64,000 bases of DNA from the human T2T-CHM13v2.0 reference genome, Homo sapiens: the NCBI RefSeq assembly GCF_009914755.1, contig NC_060945.1, one strand, 5' to 3'. How positions within the stretch are numbered: the first letter of the stretch is position 1; each line of letters starts with the position of its first letter. Both the position numbers and the translations under genes were made by a program. The notes below the pieces were generated by a model. The model worked only from the letters and a program-made list of their open reading frames with translations, searched no databases and was not told the origin of the DNA. Below are positions 1 through 14,490 of the stretch, piece by piece.

Positions 1-123
1 CAGCTACTCGGGAGGCGGATCCCTTGTTCAAAAAGCATGAAGACTTTACAGATGGCGACAGCCTCTCGTTGAGCCCAGGAAGAGTCATCTGAGCCGGGGA
101 GGTGGAGGTTGCATTGGGCCAAG
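1..123 (+). mobile_element. Alu right-arm fragment interrupted by a 59-bp MER91-derived insert
   Basis: CAGCTACTCGGGAGGC ... TTGAGCCCAGGA ... GGGAGGTGGAGGTTGCATTGGGCCAAGA are Alu right-monomer words; 20-78 is non-Alu. Confidence 0.75.
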
Positions 124-1254
124 ACTGAGCTGAGGATGGAGACAGCAGGGCTGGGCTGCTTATCCCTGAAATACAACTGGGCCTGTTCAGAAATAGCTGC
201 TTCACCAAGACCCTCCAAGTGTTCCCCATGGGGCCTTCCCACCATCCAGCAGCTGGAGGGGGAGGTCCTGGCCCGCAGGTGTCCCTGGGAGCCTGCTCCA
301 GCACATGGCAGTGTCCGTCTGGCTGGTGAGTGCAGGGTGCCACAAGTGGTGAGTTATTACGCATCCTACCCTGGTTAAGCAAAACAGCCACAAAAAACAT
401 CACCAGCTCTGCCAGCCTGCGATGACCCCCACCCCATGTTAGACATACCCAGTTTGAGAACATCCTGTGTGTGAAGACCCAGTCTGACTTCTGCTCTACA
501 CCTGGTCCCTTTAAACCTATTGTCACATGGGAGAAGACACCCTCCAGGGTACATGTTCAAGCTGGTTAGGGGGCAGAGGGCTGGGCCTTGGGCCGTGCAT
601 GGTGGGCATGTGACCCCTGTGGTTTCCCTGCACGGCTGAGTGAGCACTCAGGGGCTGTGGCGCTGGCTGCAGGGTCACGGGCTTGGCACCTTGTTCCACT
701 GGTCTAACCCCAGACAAGCCCACAGGAGACAGCTTGGAGTGGCTGAATATTTGAGAAAAAGAAAATCTGGCTTCTATCCCAGCTCTGCCACTAATTATTC
801 ACATCAGTATTTGGGAAAGTCCCAGGACCTCACCAGGCAGAACTCCTGCAGCAGTAAAATGAAGACAGTTAGCTAGCTGGCACCTCACAAATCTTTCCTG
901 GAACAGAGCCCCACCTGAGGCAGAGGAAAGCCAAGTTGCATCCTGAGTTGTCTCCTCGGAATTGAAACTGTCTTCGAAGACGTCGTGTTATCTCTGAAGG
1001 CTGTGGAATACAGTCATCCTGTTCCATAAACTGTCCATGTTTGCTTTAAAATAAAAAGAAAAGCTTGGCCCCATGACCTTGACGCTGAGAAGACATCCAG
1101 TTTGGTGGCTTGTGGTGGGGTTTCCCCAGGCTGGCCCCACACTGCCCCAGGCTCTTTCAGCCCAGCCCTTCTGTCCCTCCCCTTGGGACAAGGGGTGAAG
1201 GGGAGGGTCAAGGGCTCAACAAATGTCCCATCCTCCACTCTAGTCTGTAACTTA

Positions 1255-1470
1255 GGGGTCAAGAGGATGACTCCCCGGTACAAGTCCCAGCTCTGTCGCC
1301 ACTGGCTGTGTGACCTCGGGCAAGTCACTTAACCTCTCTGTGCCTCTTTTTCCTCCCACAGAAAACAGAGACAATAATGACATCCACTCAGAGAGTTGTG
1401 AAGCTTAAATGAGCTGCTATGCAACACTCTTAGAACCAAGCTGGCAGGTGAGAACGTTCAGTAAGTGTGA
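1255..1470 (+). mobile_element. MIR SINE
   Basis: MIR core: TCCCAGCTCTGTCGCCACTGGCTGTGTGACCTCGGGCAAGTCACTTAACCTCTCTGTGCCTC ... GTTGTGAAGCTTAAATGAG. Confidence 0.9.
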
Positions 1471-1774
1471 TGTGCGTTTTGGTTCCTTCTTCCTCCAAAA
1501 TCTCTTTCCCTCCTTCCTCCCCTGTGATCACCGCTGCCTTTAAACTCAAAGAGTCATTTCTCTTCCATTTTTATTTTACCTTTCCCCAATTTTCTTCTCT
1601 CCTTACTTTCTCTCCCTCTTTTTTGTTCTATTTGTGATGTGAAAATGATCCCCGGGGCTGGCGCTCTATATGGAAAGCCTCAAGGTCACACGCCCTTGAC
1701 TACTGGGCCCCAAGTCCAGGAACATGGCCTTCCCAGTCATCAGGAGCTCACCTCGAACACTGCGTGCAGCGTGG

Positions 1775-1852
1775 GGGCACGTCGGTGAGAGAGAGGGGGT
1801 GAGAGGGAGGGGTGGGCACGTCGGTGAGAGGGAGGGGGTGAGAGGGAGGGGT
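1775..1852. repeat. 2 x 39-bp G-rich tandem repeat
   Basis: GGGCACGTCGGTGAGAG(A/G)GAGGGGGTGAGAGGGAGGGGT repeated at 1775 and 1814. Confidence 0.95.
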
Positions 1853-2491
1853 GACCTCCTCCGGGAAGCTTCCTTTCTAGGGAGATGCAGGGAATTGGGG
1901 GTGGGCAATACTCAGAGATCATCAAAATATACCACTAAGTAATGTATATGTTCGTATGTCGTGCGGCTCCTGTGTGCCATGGAGGCTTGGCACACATTGT
2001 CTCTAAGTGGGCTGCACTACATACGACAATATACATTAAAACAATATTTTAGCCCTGAAAATCCTTATTTCTGTGTGTAGAATATCACTCTCCTGGGGGG
2101 GCCTGGAGCGCCCCCTTCCTTCACCCATCTCCCAGCAGCCCCTTAGCTCCCCAGCCCCAATAGAGACTAAGTGGTGGTGGTAGGGGGGCGGGTGTTCACT
2201 CTGTGCTGTCAAGTGAGGGGTGCAGGACCCAAACCCGTACACTTTGCCTCATGCTTTAAAACAGCGCATACTGCCTGCAGCCAACACTGAAAAGACACCA
2301 GCCTGTTACAAGAGATTTTCTCTGGATGTTGGAATTACAGGGTCGATTAGGCTTTTCTCTGTCTTTTGAAGTTTCAGGACATTTCAGGAGGAATATGTAT
2401 ATATAGGTTTTGTATAAAGAACCAGAGCCAGTGAGTTCATACCCACAGCGCTGACACCGCCATGGCAGCTGGGACGCCGTAACGGGGGTGA

Positions 2492-3629
<1,138 letters not shown>

Positions 3630-3866
3630 TAATGTGCCCAGCAGCAAGGCTTGAGGGAGGCATGTCCCACCCAGGAGGATGAAAGCCCAGTCATCCTGCT
3701 GATGTGTCACAGGGAATCTGAGCATTTCCATCCCCAGCTCCCTGCTTTCCGGTCTGCAGTCCCCTCCCTGGGAGCTAGGGCAACCTTCCTTCTTTCTCGT
3801 CTCCTCCCACCCGACCAGGGTCCTGGCTTCTGAGTGAGGGAAGCTCTAGAATCCCTTTAGGCCAGT

Positions 3867-3985
3867 GCGGGACGAGCCATATGATTGATTCAAGGGGACC
3901 CAGTTCAACGCGAACATGCGGGTCCCTTGTTCAAAAAGCATCAAGACTTTGTCAACGGCAGCAGCCTCGCGTTGAGCCCAGTGCC
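3867..3985 (-). mobile_element. MER91-like hAT-Tip100 non-autonomous DNA element
   Basis: GGGACCCAGTTCAACGCGAACATGCGGGTCCCTTGTTCAAAAAG resembles the reverse complement of the recalled MER91A consensus. Confidence 0.65.
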
Positions 3986-4289
3986 CAGTGCCGGCTCCCA
4001 GCCCAGGAGGTTGACCTCAGGCCAGGAGCTGACCCTAAAGGAACAGGGAAGAGAGGGATTCAGCTGCCTTGGGGACTGGGGTGTCCCAAACGAGTGAAGA
4101 CCAGCTGTGCCTGCCAGTTCAGAGCAGGCACAGCATAATCGCCCCGGGAGTGGAGGCCGCAGCAGGATTTGGACCGGGTCTGGAGGTTGTTTTCCTCCAT
4201 CTGCAAATGAGGAATGTGAGGCCAAGGATAAAGTTAAGTTGGTGCAAAAGTCATTGTGGTTTTTGCATTAACGTAATAAAAGCTACAGC

Positions 4290-4470
4290 CATCAATTGTT
4301 GACAGCCAGGCCTCATGTTTTCTTTGTAACCCACAACCCTATTGAGGGCTGCTCCCGTTATCCCATTTTACAGATGAGGAAACTGAGTGGCTACGAGTTT
4401 CCACTCCCAGAAAGAGACGGAGCTGGGTTAGAACCTGGCTCCAGGCTGACTCTGAAGCTGGTGGTACCGC
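4290..4470 (-). mobile_element. MIR SINE fragment
   Basis: TTATCCCATTTTACAGATGAGGAAACTGAG ... GGAGCTGGGTTAGAACC. Confidence 0.85.
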
Positions 4471-4710
4471 CTTCCACTGCGGTGACCTTCCAGACTCCCA
4501 TTCACAATCTCTTCCCCTCGTCAGCCCAGCCCCTTTCCTAGGCTACAGGCAAGCTCGGGCTGCTCACGCAAGGCCTGCGGGCAAAGACTGGAGGTGCCAG
4601 GCTCCAAGTGGGCAGTGGGGCTGGGATGGAGCTGTGTGCAGGGCGCATGTCCAAAGCCCCTGTACAGTGGCTGGGGGCCAGCCTCAGGCCCAGCCGGCCG
4701 TGGGTGAGCA

Positions 4711-4790
4711 GAGCAGGCTGCCCTTGCACACAGAGCCCTGTAACCTGATGGAGCAGACTGCTCTTGCACAAAGGGCCCTGCAACCTGAGC
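4711..4790. repeat. 2 x 40-bp diverged tandem duplication
   Basis: GAGCAGGCTGCCCTTGCACACAGAGCCCTGTAACCTGA vs GAGCAGACTGCTCTTGCACAAAGGGCCCTGCAACCTGA. Confidence 0.9.
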
Positions 4791-5150
4791 CTGTTGACTT
4801 TGGGGAGGAGCCCAAGGGAGCCGAGGCCTCTGGGCGCACACACTGCCGGCAGGGGTTAAAAGCAAGCTGGCCCGGATTTGAAGCGTGTGGAAGCCTGACC
4901 TGAGATACGGGGAGAAGACACCAGCAGCCCCGGGCTTTGTTCTTGGGATGTTTTGGATTGGGATTTCTCAGTCTCCAGTTAAGGAAGTGTGGGGCTCTGT
5001 ACGCTTGAGGTTTCACAGCTATTCCCTGAGAGGGTGTCCGTTCTCCTCCTCGCCTTCCCCTGGAACATCTCTGGTTTTTGCAAATGGCCCCATGTGCTGA
5101 GGGGTGAGGCGGGCACTGGCTCTCTCCCTGTGTGCAGGCGTCTTCCCCAC

Positions 5151-5390
5151 TGTCGCAGGCTGAATGGTGGCCCCAAAAAGACACATCCAAGTCCTAAGCC
5201 CCGGTATCTTGGAGGTGACCTTATTTGGGAGCAGGGCCTTTACAGATGGAATCAAGGTGAGGTGAGGTCAGACCTGAGTAGGGTGGGCGCTAAGTCCAAA
5301 GACTCCGGAGAAGCGACAGACACAGAGACAGGAGAAAGGCACGTGAAGGTGGAGGCAGAGACTGCAGTGAGGCAGCCCACGAGCCAGGGA
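5151..5390 (+). mobile_element. MLT1 (C/D-like) MaLR LTR, 3'-truncated
   Basis: GTGACCTTATTTGG...GGGCCTTTACAGATG...GTGAAGGTGGAGGCAGAGACTGCAGTGAGGCAGCC. Confidence 0.85.
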
Positions 5391-5417
5391 TTACAGGCGT
5401 GAGCCACCGCGCCCCGC
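5387..5417 (-). mobile_element. Residual 5' tip of an antisense Alu
   Basis: GGGATTACAGGCGTGAGCCACCGCGCCCCGC. Confidence 0.85.
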
Positions 5418-5446
5418 TGAGAACTGCTTTTTAAACAGCCAACTGG

Positions 5447-5758
<312 letters not shown>

Positions 5759-6163
5759 TTAAAAAGCCTACTGGCCCTTTCTGTTCCCAGGAGTCCTTCC
5801 CTTTTACCCTGCCAGTACTGTACTTGCTGCCAACATCCTGTGGAACGTGGTGACATTAGCAAAAGAAGAGAGATGGGGCACACCCTGCACTAGTCGGCTC
5901 ACCAGGCCTGCAGGAGACCCAGGTCCTTCCTCATCTGCACCCCTGTAGTTCCTCCCAACACACCGAGATGGGTTGTGGAGGGACCATGGGTCCAGCAAGG
6001 CTGAAGAGCGGCCTTGGCAAGTACCTTTGTTCTTCCAGGACACAGGAAAACAGGCTAGAATAGGACTGTGTAAGAGACCCTTTTTGCAAACAGCAACATT
6101 GACAAAGGTAGGGCAGTCCTGCCTGTCCTATTTTGCCTTTTCTCAAACATAAGGATTCCCTGT

Positions 6164-6615
6164 TGTCATGGATCAAATAGTGTTCCCCTAAATTTCGTGT
6201 CCACCCAGAACCTCATAATGTGACCGTTTTGGAAATGGGGTCTACGCAGATGCAGTTGTTTAAAGTCCTGGAGAGGAGATCATCCTGGAATACCCACATG
6301 GGCCTTGAATCCAAAGACTGGTGTTCTCATAAGAAGAGAGGACACAGCGAGACAGACAGCCATGTGAGGAGGCAGGCAGAGACGGGAAGGCTGCAACCAC
6401 ACACCAAGAATGCTGGGGACTGCCAGCTACCACCACCAGCGGGGAGAGAGGCTAGGGGTGGTCTCTCCCTCGGAGCTCTGAGAAGGCACCAACCCTGCCA
6501 ACACCCTGATTTTAGGATTTTGGCCTCTAGAATGATGAGATACTAGTTGTTAATTGTTGTTTGAAGCTATAACGTGTTTGATATTCTGCCATGGCAGTCC
6601 TAGGGGCCTAACACA
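6164..6615 (+). mobile_element. MLT1 (B/C-like) MaLR LTR
   Basis: CCCAGAACCTCATAATGTGACCGTTTTGGAAATGGGG ... CCAACCCTGCCAACACCCTGATTTTAGGATTTTGGCCTCTAGAA. Confidence 0.85.
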
Positions 6616-6774
6616 CTTTGGCATTCTGTCTGGCAGGAGATCCCAGTCACCCCCTACTTTTAAAGCCCTGTGATCATAGGGTGTCAGAGGAGCAGCGTGT
6701 CTTGGAGAACTGCTAGTCCAGAGTCCCTGTCCTGTGTTCCATGACACCCAATGTCCCTTAAGAGGGAAAGAGGT

Positions 6775-7250
<476 letters not shown>

Positions 7251-7310
7251 TTAACGCCCACTAATGTACCAAAGACAAAGAGCCATGAGCGTATCTAGGG
7301 AGAACCGAGC

Positions 7311-7720
7311 GTGTCCGTCCGTGCTCGCACTGCTATAAAGAAATACCTGAGACTGGATAGTTTATAAAGAAAAGAGGTTTCATGGGCTCACGGTTCCACA
7401 GGCTGTACGGGAAGCATGGCAGCCTCTGCTCAGCTTCTGCGGAGGCCTCAGGAAACTGACAATCATGGCAGAAGGCAAAGGGGACCCTGTACGTCACATG
7501 ACAGGGAAGGAGAAAGAGAGAGCAGGGGCAGGTGCCACACCCTTTTAAACAACCAGATCTCAGGAGAACTCTGTCACGAGAGCAGCACTTGGGGATGTTG
7601 CTAACCCTTTCATGGGAAACCACCCTCTCGATCCAATCACCTCCCACCAGGCCCCACCTCCAACACTGGGATTACAATTCAACATGAGATTTGGGCAGGA
7701 CACAGATCCAAACCATATCA
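7311..7720 (-). mobile_element. MST (A/B-like) MaLR solo LTR
   Basis: GCTATAAAGAAATACCTGAGACTGG ... GAGATTTGGGCAGGACACAGATCCAAACCATATCA. Confidence 0.9.
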
Positions 7721-8094
7721 CTGAGCTAGTCCAACATGCTCAATGACTGATGTTGAAACCAGCCAGGCAGAAGCAACTCACTCTAAGTCCCACCGTGGGT
7801 TCTAGAACTCTGGTCTCTCGATGCTGGTCCACACTGTAATATACTGGGAAAAAAAGGAACACTGGGATGAATATCTGGAAGATCTGAGTTAAAGTCATTT
7901 ATTCCTTTTTTCAGCACAAAGGTGACCTTCATGCAATGGTATAGGATTTAAATATGGGGAGAAGGATATGATGGTAAATTTCATGGCCGTTTCTATCCAG
8001 AACTATTTTTCTGGGCACCTGTTATTCCTTGGTGGAGTGGTTGTCTTTCTAGGTCAGGAAGAGAGAACGTGGCCCAGCCAGGCCCAGAGCATGG

Positions 8095-8730
<636 letters not shown>

Positions 8731-9911
8731 TTGCCTGGGTTCAGGTTTCCTAACAGGCTTGACAAGGTAGGAAGGAGGGGACTCACCTTGGCACCCTTCA
8801 AGGACCCCACACAGAAGAAAGATTTCACCTTGCCCGGCCTGGAAGACTTAAGGTGCACGTTCCCAAAGAGGCTTCTTCATGGTGTTCACATTTGGGTACC
8901 AGGCCTAGAATGGGGCCACTCTAAGAGAGGCAGTTAATTAATGTGTCTCCAGTTAAGATGGCCTGGAAGGGAGGGGGCAGGCAAGAAACAAAATTCCCAT
9001 TCCTCTTCTCTCTCCACTCAGATACAGCATGTGAAACAGGTGTGGTCCATATCAGATGCAGTACACTGGGCAGGGTCTAACAGGATAAGAGTTTCACGCA
9101 GGACACGACAGCATTCATGGCCCACAAAAGCTTTGGGTTGACGACCGTTGGGGAACAAATCTCGTTAATCTTCCAGTCTCCTGCAACTGGTAGAAGCAGA
9201 TCTGTGTGCTGCACTTGGTGGGCGGAAGGCTGTCGAGCCATTGAAGGAGAAGGACTGTCTTCAGGCTGTTGAGGCCCCTGTCTGGCCTCGTGCAGCATGG
9301 AGGGTGTAGTAACGGGTCCCCAAATGCCTGCCGATAGGAGGCAGTTTGTCAGGTGTTTCATATGCTAGAACAAGCTCTGCTTATTGCCTGTGCAATCGCA
9401 CTTACTGCCCTAAAGACCTGGGAATAAGTTGAAGAGCCTCTTGCGATTGCAATCTAACCTTCTTTTATGGAGTAAGACATTTTCTTGAGCTGTTAAAGAT
9501 TTAGGTGTACAGCCCTGTCCAGCCAACGCCGGCTGCTAGGAAGCAGGGCAGTGAGAGCAGAAAGGGGAGACATAGCACTTTCAGCCAGCAGGGGACAGTG
9601 TGGTACACGTCTACGTGTCCAGTCCCCTAGGTCCTCGGTCCCCTAGCAGATAGAAGGTCCAGACCAACCGCCACAGTTGTGTATTGAGAAAGTCTGGGGG
9701 GTGCTTGGGGAGTTTGATTGTTACTTTCTTAGAGGCGATTGTCAATGGTAGAAGGAACACAAGGACTTCAGGTGATTTAAATCCTCTGCTTTCTAAAAAG
9801 GATTGATTCCCTGTTTCATGGTCCAAATTACAGGAATGCGCTGAGAACTCCTCATGGGAGGATGTTAACAGTCTTGTGCAATATAAAGGGTCATTAGAAA
9901 GTAAAAAAGGA

Positions 9912-10220
<309 letters not shown>

Positions 10221-11129
10221 AGAAAGTAAAAAAGGAGAGATAACAGGATGGGGGCAGTAAGCCAGGAGCAAAGAGAAAAAATGAGAATGGGGTTCATGAG
10301 TTAAGGAGGGAATTAAGGTGCATGCAATAAATTATAAATTATACAAAAGTAAGTTGTTGTAGGTGAGCCACCTCAAGAAGAAAGGTCTTAAGTGTAATTC
10401 CAGGTCGTGAGAGCTGGACAGTCCCTGTTAGCTTTGCCAGGATGGATGTCTGCTGGGACATCTCAGAAACTTCTCCGAGGCCTGTCTGTTTACTTTTGTT
10501 TATATTTGTCTAATTATCTTTGTTTAGTGAGTATTACAAAAGCATGACTTACAAGACAATGTCTTCCCTCCTCTCCCAGGGAATCCGCCCTTGCAGCGTT
10601 TGTGGGTAGCCAAGGCTCAGCTGACCACTGCAGACAGCCTCCACCTCCCATACAGAACATACTCCTGAGCAAACAGGTGCAACCACTGAAGCCCACACCA
10701 CATCCAGAGAGTTGTTTAAAAAGAGAAGACTCAGAATTCTCACTCACCTTTTAGATGCCATTCTCTCAGATACAGCAGCTTCATCCCTTTCTTTCCTTCT
10801 GGGCTTCCCCTTCTGAACAGCCTCCTGTGCTGGTGTTGAAGCCCAAGGAGCGACCTCTCGAGGGTGCTCAATGGGTGTCCTTCTGCCTCAGGATTCCACT
10901 TGTGCCTTAAGTGTATACGACGGTGTGTTTTATTGCACTGTGTTTTATATCACCTTAATTTTTCAATCACATCTGGAGGCACTCTGCGTCCTGTGCAAAG
11001 GGGGTTGGGAGTCTCAGTGTAAGGCGGAAGGTGCAATGGCCACAGGCAAGATGGAGGCCCTGGGCATGGCACCTTCTCTCCAGCTTTGGCAACAAGTGCC
11101 AGTTCCTCAAGACTGTGAGGTGCAGCCCA

Positions 11130-11232
11130 GCAGCTGGGGCTCCATCACATCAGTTACACATGGCAGCTGGGGCTCCACCACATACATGTTATGCATGGCA
11201 GTGGGGGCTCTGCCACCACATATTATGCGTGG
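11130..11232. repeat. Degenerate 3 x ~34-bp minisatellite
   Basis: GCAG(C/T)(T/G)GGGGCTC...CCA(T/C)CACAT...TTA(C/T)(A/G)C(A/G)TGG units at 11130, 11163, 11198. Confidence 0.8.
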
Positions 11233-13229
11233 ACTGGTCTGGTTCTCTGCATTGTGAAGATGCACCGACATGCACTCATGACCGCTCACATCAACCGGAA
11301 GGTAAGTGTCTCTCTGTGATTCCTGTTTGCTAGAAACCAGCATATCCTGAGTGCAGGACAAACACCTGGGCTCAGAACTGAAGCTTCCAGAGGAGGGAGC
11401 TCTCTCCCCCGTCTTGACTGGTGTAGCCACACCTGCCACATCTGCCTAAGAAGGAGGTCATGCAGTCTGCTGTGGACATCCAGAAACACAGATCCTGAAG
11501 ACAAGGCAACGCCCCTTCTCAGGGAATAAAGGGGGCAGGCGGTAGAACTCCCGACGCCCACCTCTCATCCCATTTAGACATGTGCTCAGTATCCTTAGGT
11601 ATTCCTGAGGGTGACATGAACTGTTCTCTGCCTTTGTCTGGGGCATTGCAACAATAAAAGAGGCATTTTCTTTTCTTTTCTTAGCAAAACTGGCCCCTGC
11701 CAAATGCCTTGAGTTCAGTTGTTCAAATCCCTGCCTTCCTGAAGTGCTGAAGGGGCTGAGTGTGAGCAAAGCAAGGATTGGAGGTCGAGCTCTCTAGGGC
11801 TGCGGACATTTGGGAGAATATTTGGGTGGGAAGAATGAACAGCGTCACTCAGAACTAACGGCAGGGGGCAGTGTGGCTCCACAGTCCATCACAGGGCACC
11901 CCCCCGCCCCACCGACCCCGACAGTGCCCACAGCCCCTGCCATCCAACCAGGGCTGGGCCTCAGCCTGGGGGACAGCTTCTGTGTAGTTTGGTTCAGAAT
12001 GTGTCCTCATAAGAAAGGCGGCACCTCCCAGATTCCTTCCCTGCCCTCTGCCGGGAAGTCTTACTGCCAAAACACCCAGGAATGTGTGTCTGCCTCCAGC
12101 AACTTTAGCTGCAGGGGCTGGACCTGGCTTTGATGCTGCGGCAGCTGATGGGATCCTGGAGCACAGTGTGGGAAGCTGGCTCCTTAGGCCTGGGAACAAG
12201 CCCAGGCAACCGGGCTGGGACTCGCTCTGCCTGGCTGCCTCTCCTACAGCGTGCGTGAACGGGAGGCCAGGATGGCCACAGGCCCCAGGAAACGCAGATC
12301 TCATGGGAAGAGGTTGCAGTTTCAGCTTCTGGCTGTGGATGCTCCGGGCAATTTCATGCATTTCCATGAGTTCAGAGAATGGAAGCTCCCCTGGCCCCTC
12401 CCTACCACTCTTTGTAAATCAGCTCGCTCCTTCTGTTCATTCATCCGCTCATTCATCCATTCCGCACACGTGCCTTATTGAATCCCTGCTATGACCAGGC
12501 ACAGGGTTAGATACTCCATGGAGACCAGACCAGTCTTAGCCTCTGCACTGATGAACTCAACCCAGAAGACACACGAAAAGATAAGCCACGGTGTGACGGG
12601 CGGACGACAGAGCCTGCGCCGAGACACGGGCACTTCAGCTTGATATGTGGAGAGTGTCGGCTGCAAACCTCCCTGGTCTCTGCCGCCAGACGCATGCCAA
12701 GATGGCCTGATTACACTGGGGAAATTTCGAATGGGCCATTGAAATGCGTGGTGTGATTGTTGCCATGGATTTTACGGTCTGGTGGCCTGTTCCGTGCTGG
12801 TCAGGCTGACGTCTGTGCTTGGCACAGCATGGTGAGAGACAGGCAGGTGTGGTTGATGCCTCTGGGAGGGAGCACATAATCCAGGAAAGGGGGCAGTAAA
12901 CCAGGCGATGGGAACTGCAACGGAGCAGAGGCCACGGGAGAAGCCCCAGCGGGGAGCACACCTGAGAGGGACAGTGGGAGGAGCGAGGCCTGAAACCGGA
13001 GGAGGAGCAGCAGAGCCCCCACAGAGGACAGCGGAAAGGAGACCTGAGTGGGGAAGAGCTCGGCTCCTTCCAGTCCCCCAGGGACCCAGGTTGGGGCAGA
13101 GGGGCCATCGGGCCTGTAACCTTGCAGTGCCATCATGGCCCTGGGTAGAGTTTGGGTCTTATTCTAGGAAGCGTGGGGGCTTGGAATGTCCTGGATGCCA
13201 CCTGTTTCCTGTGTGGCAGGCAGAGTGAA

Positions 13230-13678
13230 GACCCCACCATTCCACCAAGATGCCTCCACCCTAGCCCTATTCGCCGTGAGTGCATCATATCACATGCAGA
13301 GGGGAGTTGGGGTTGCAGGTGGAACTGGATTGGTGAACACCACCCTTAACCTAAGGAGGAGATCCTGGGGGATCCCGCAGGCCCAGAGTCCTCACAGTGT
13401 TCTTAAAAGGGAACTAGCAGCCAGAAGTGTGGCAGTGAGGACCTGATCCAACGTCATTGGCTTTGAAGAGGGAGGAAGGGCCCATGGGCCTAGAAATGAG
13501 GACAGCCCCTGGAAGCTGAGAAAGGCGAGGAACAGATTCTGCCCTGGATCCTCCAGGAGGAGCCGGCCCTAGGTCTTAGCCCAGTGAGACCCGTCACAGA
13601 CTCCCGACCTCCAGCAATGCATTAAATATGCTGTTCATGCTGCTGAGTTTGTGGTCGTTTGCAGGAAGCTGATACACC
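13230..13678 (+). mobile_element. MLT1 (D/E-like) MaLR LTR
   Basis: TTGGCTTTGAAGAGGGAGGAAGGGCCC...GGAAGCTGAGAAAGGCGAGGAACAGATTCTGCCCTGGA...TTAGCCCAGTGAGACCC. Confidence 0.8.
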
Positions 13679-14181
13679 CTGGCACAAACTCCTTCTCCTC
13701 ATCTACACTTTAGCACAGAGCCGTTAAATAAATGCATGTGCCTATGAACAGGTGCATTCCAACAGCCCTCAGGCCCTGCGTGTGTGGGTGACGGTGGAGT
13801 GACAGGAATGCAAGACACAGAGTGGTCTGTGCAGCCTCCTCCCCCCCACTCAGTGCAGGGTGGGCAAGGGGGATGCTGGCGGGTCCACCGTGTCCAACAG
13901 GGAGCAGGCGGCATCTCTAGCCAGGCTCGGGGCCACAGTGGGGGAGTGGGGTTTCAGAGTGAGGCAGATCTGGATCTAAATCACCTTTACAGAATGGCTT
14001 TTGCCACATAAGGTCACATATTCACAAGTCCCAGAGATTAGAACAGGCACATTTTGGGGGCCATGATTCTGCTCATCCATATAGAGAACCCCCTTATTAT
14101 TTTTCACAGGTAAATAGTATTTTATAGTGGGGGAGTTCTGTAAAGGTTTAGCTACTCCTCTATTAAGAATATTTGGCTTCT

Positions 14182-14490
14182 GGCCAGGGGCTCACATCTG
14201 TAATCCCAGCACTTTGGAAGGCTGAAGCCAGAAGATTATTTGAGGCCAGGAGTTTGAGACCAGACTGGGCAACATAGCAAGACACTGTACTTAAAAGATA
14301 TTTTAAAGAATTTTTTTTAATTAGCCAAATGTGTTGGTGCGCACCTGTAGTCCCAGCTACTTGGGAGGCTAAGGTGAGAAGATTGCTTGAGTCAGTGAGT
14401 TCGAGGCTTCAGTGAGCTGTGACTCCTGCCATGGCACTCCAGCTCCAGCCTGGGCAACAGGGAAAGACCCTGTCTCAAAGAAAAGAAAAA
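14182..14490 (+). mobile_element. Alu (AluJ-like) inserted in an old antisense L1 fragment (~14090-14810)
   Basis: AluJ-type words (GATTGCTTGAG..., TTCGAGGCT); TSD GAATATTTGGCTTCT; L1-like flanks. Confidence 0.9.

Noticed and set aside
11130-11232. Short repeats as a CRISPR-like array
   Set aside because: Eukaryotic context; these are degenerate tandem units with no unique spacers or cas genes.
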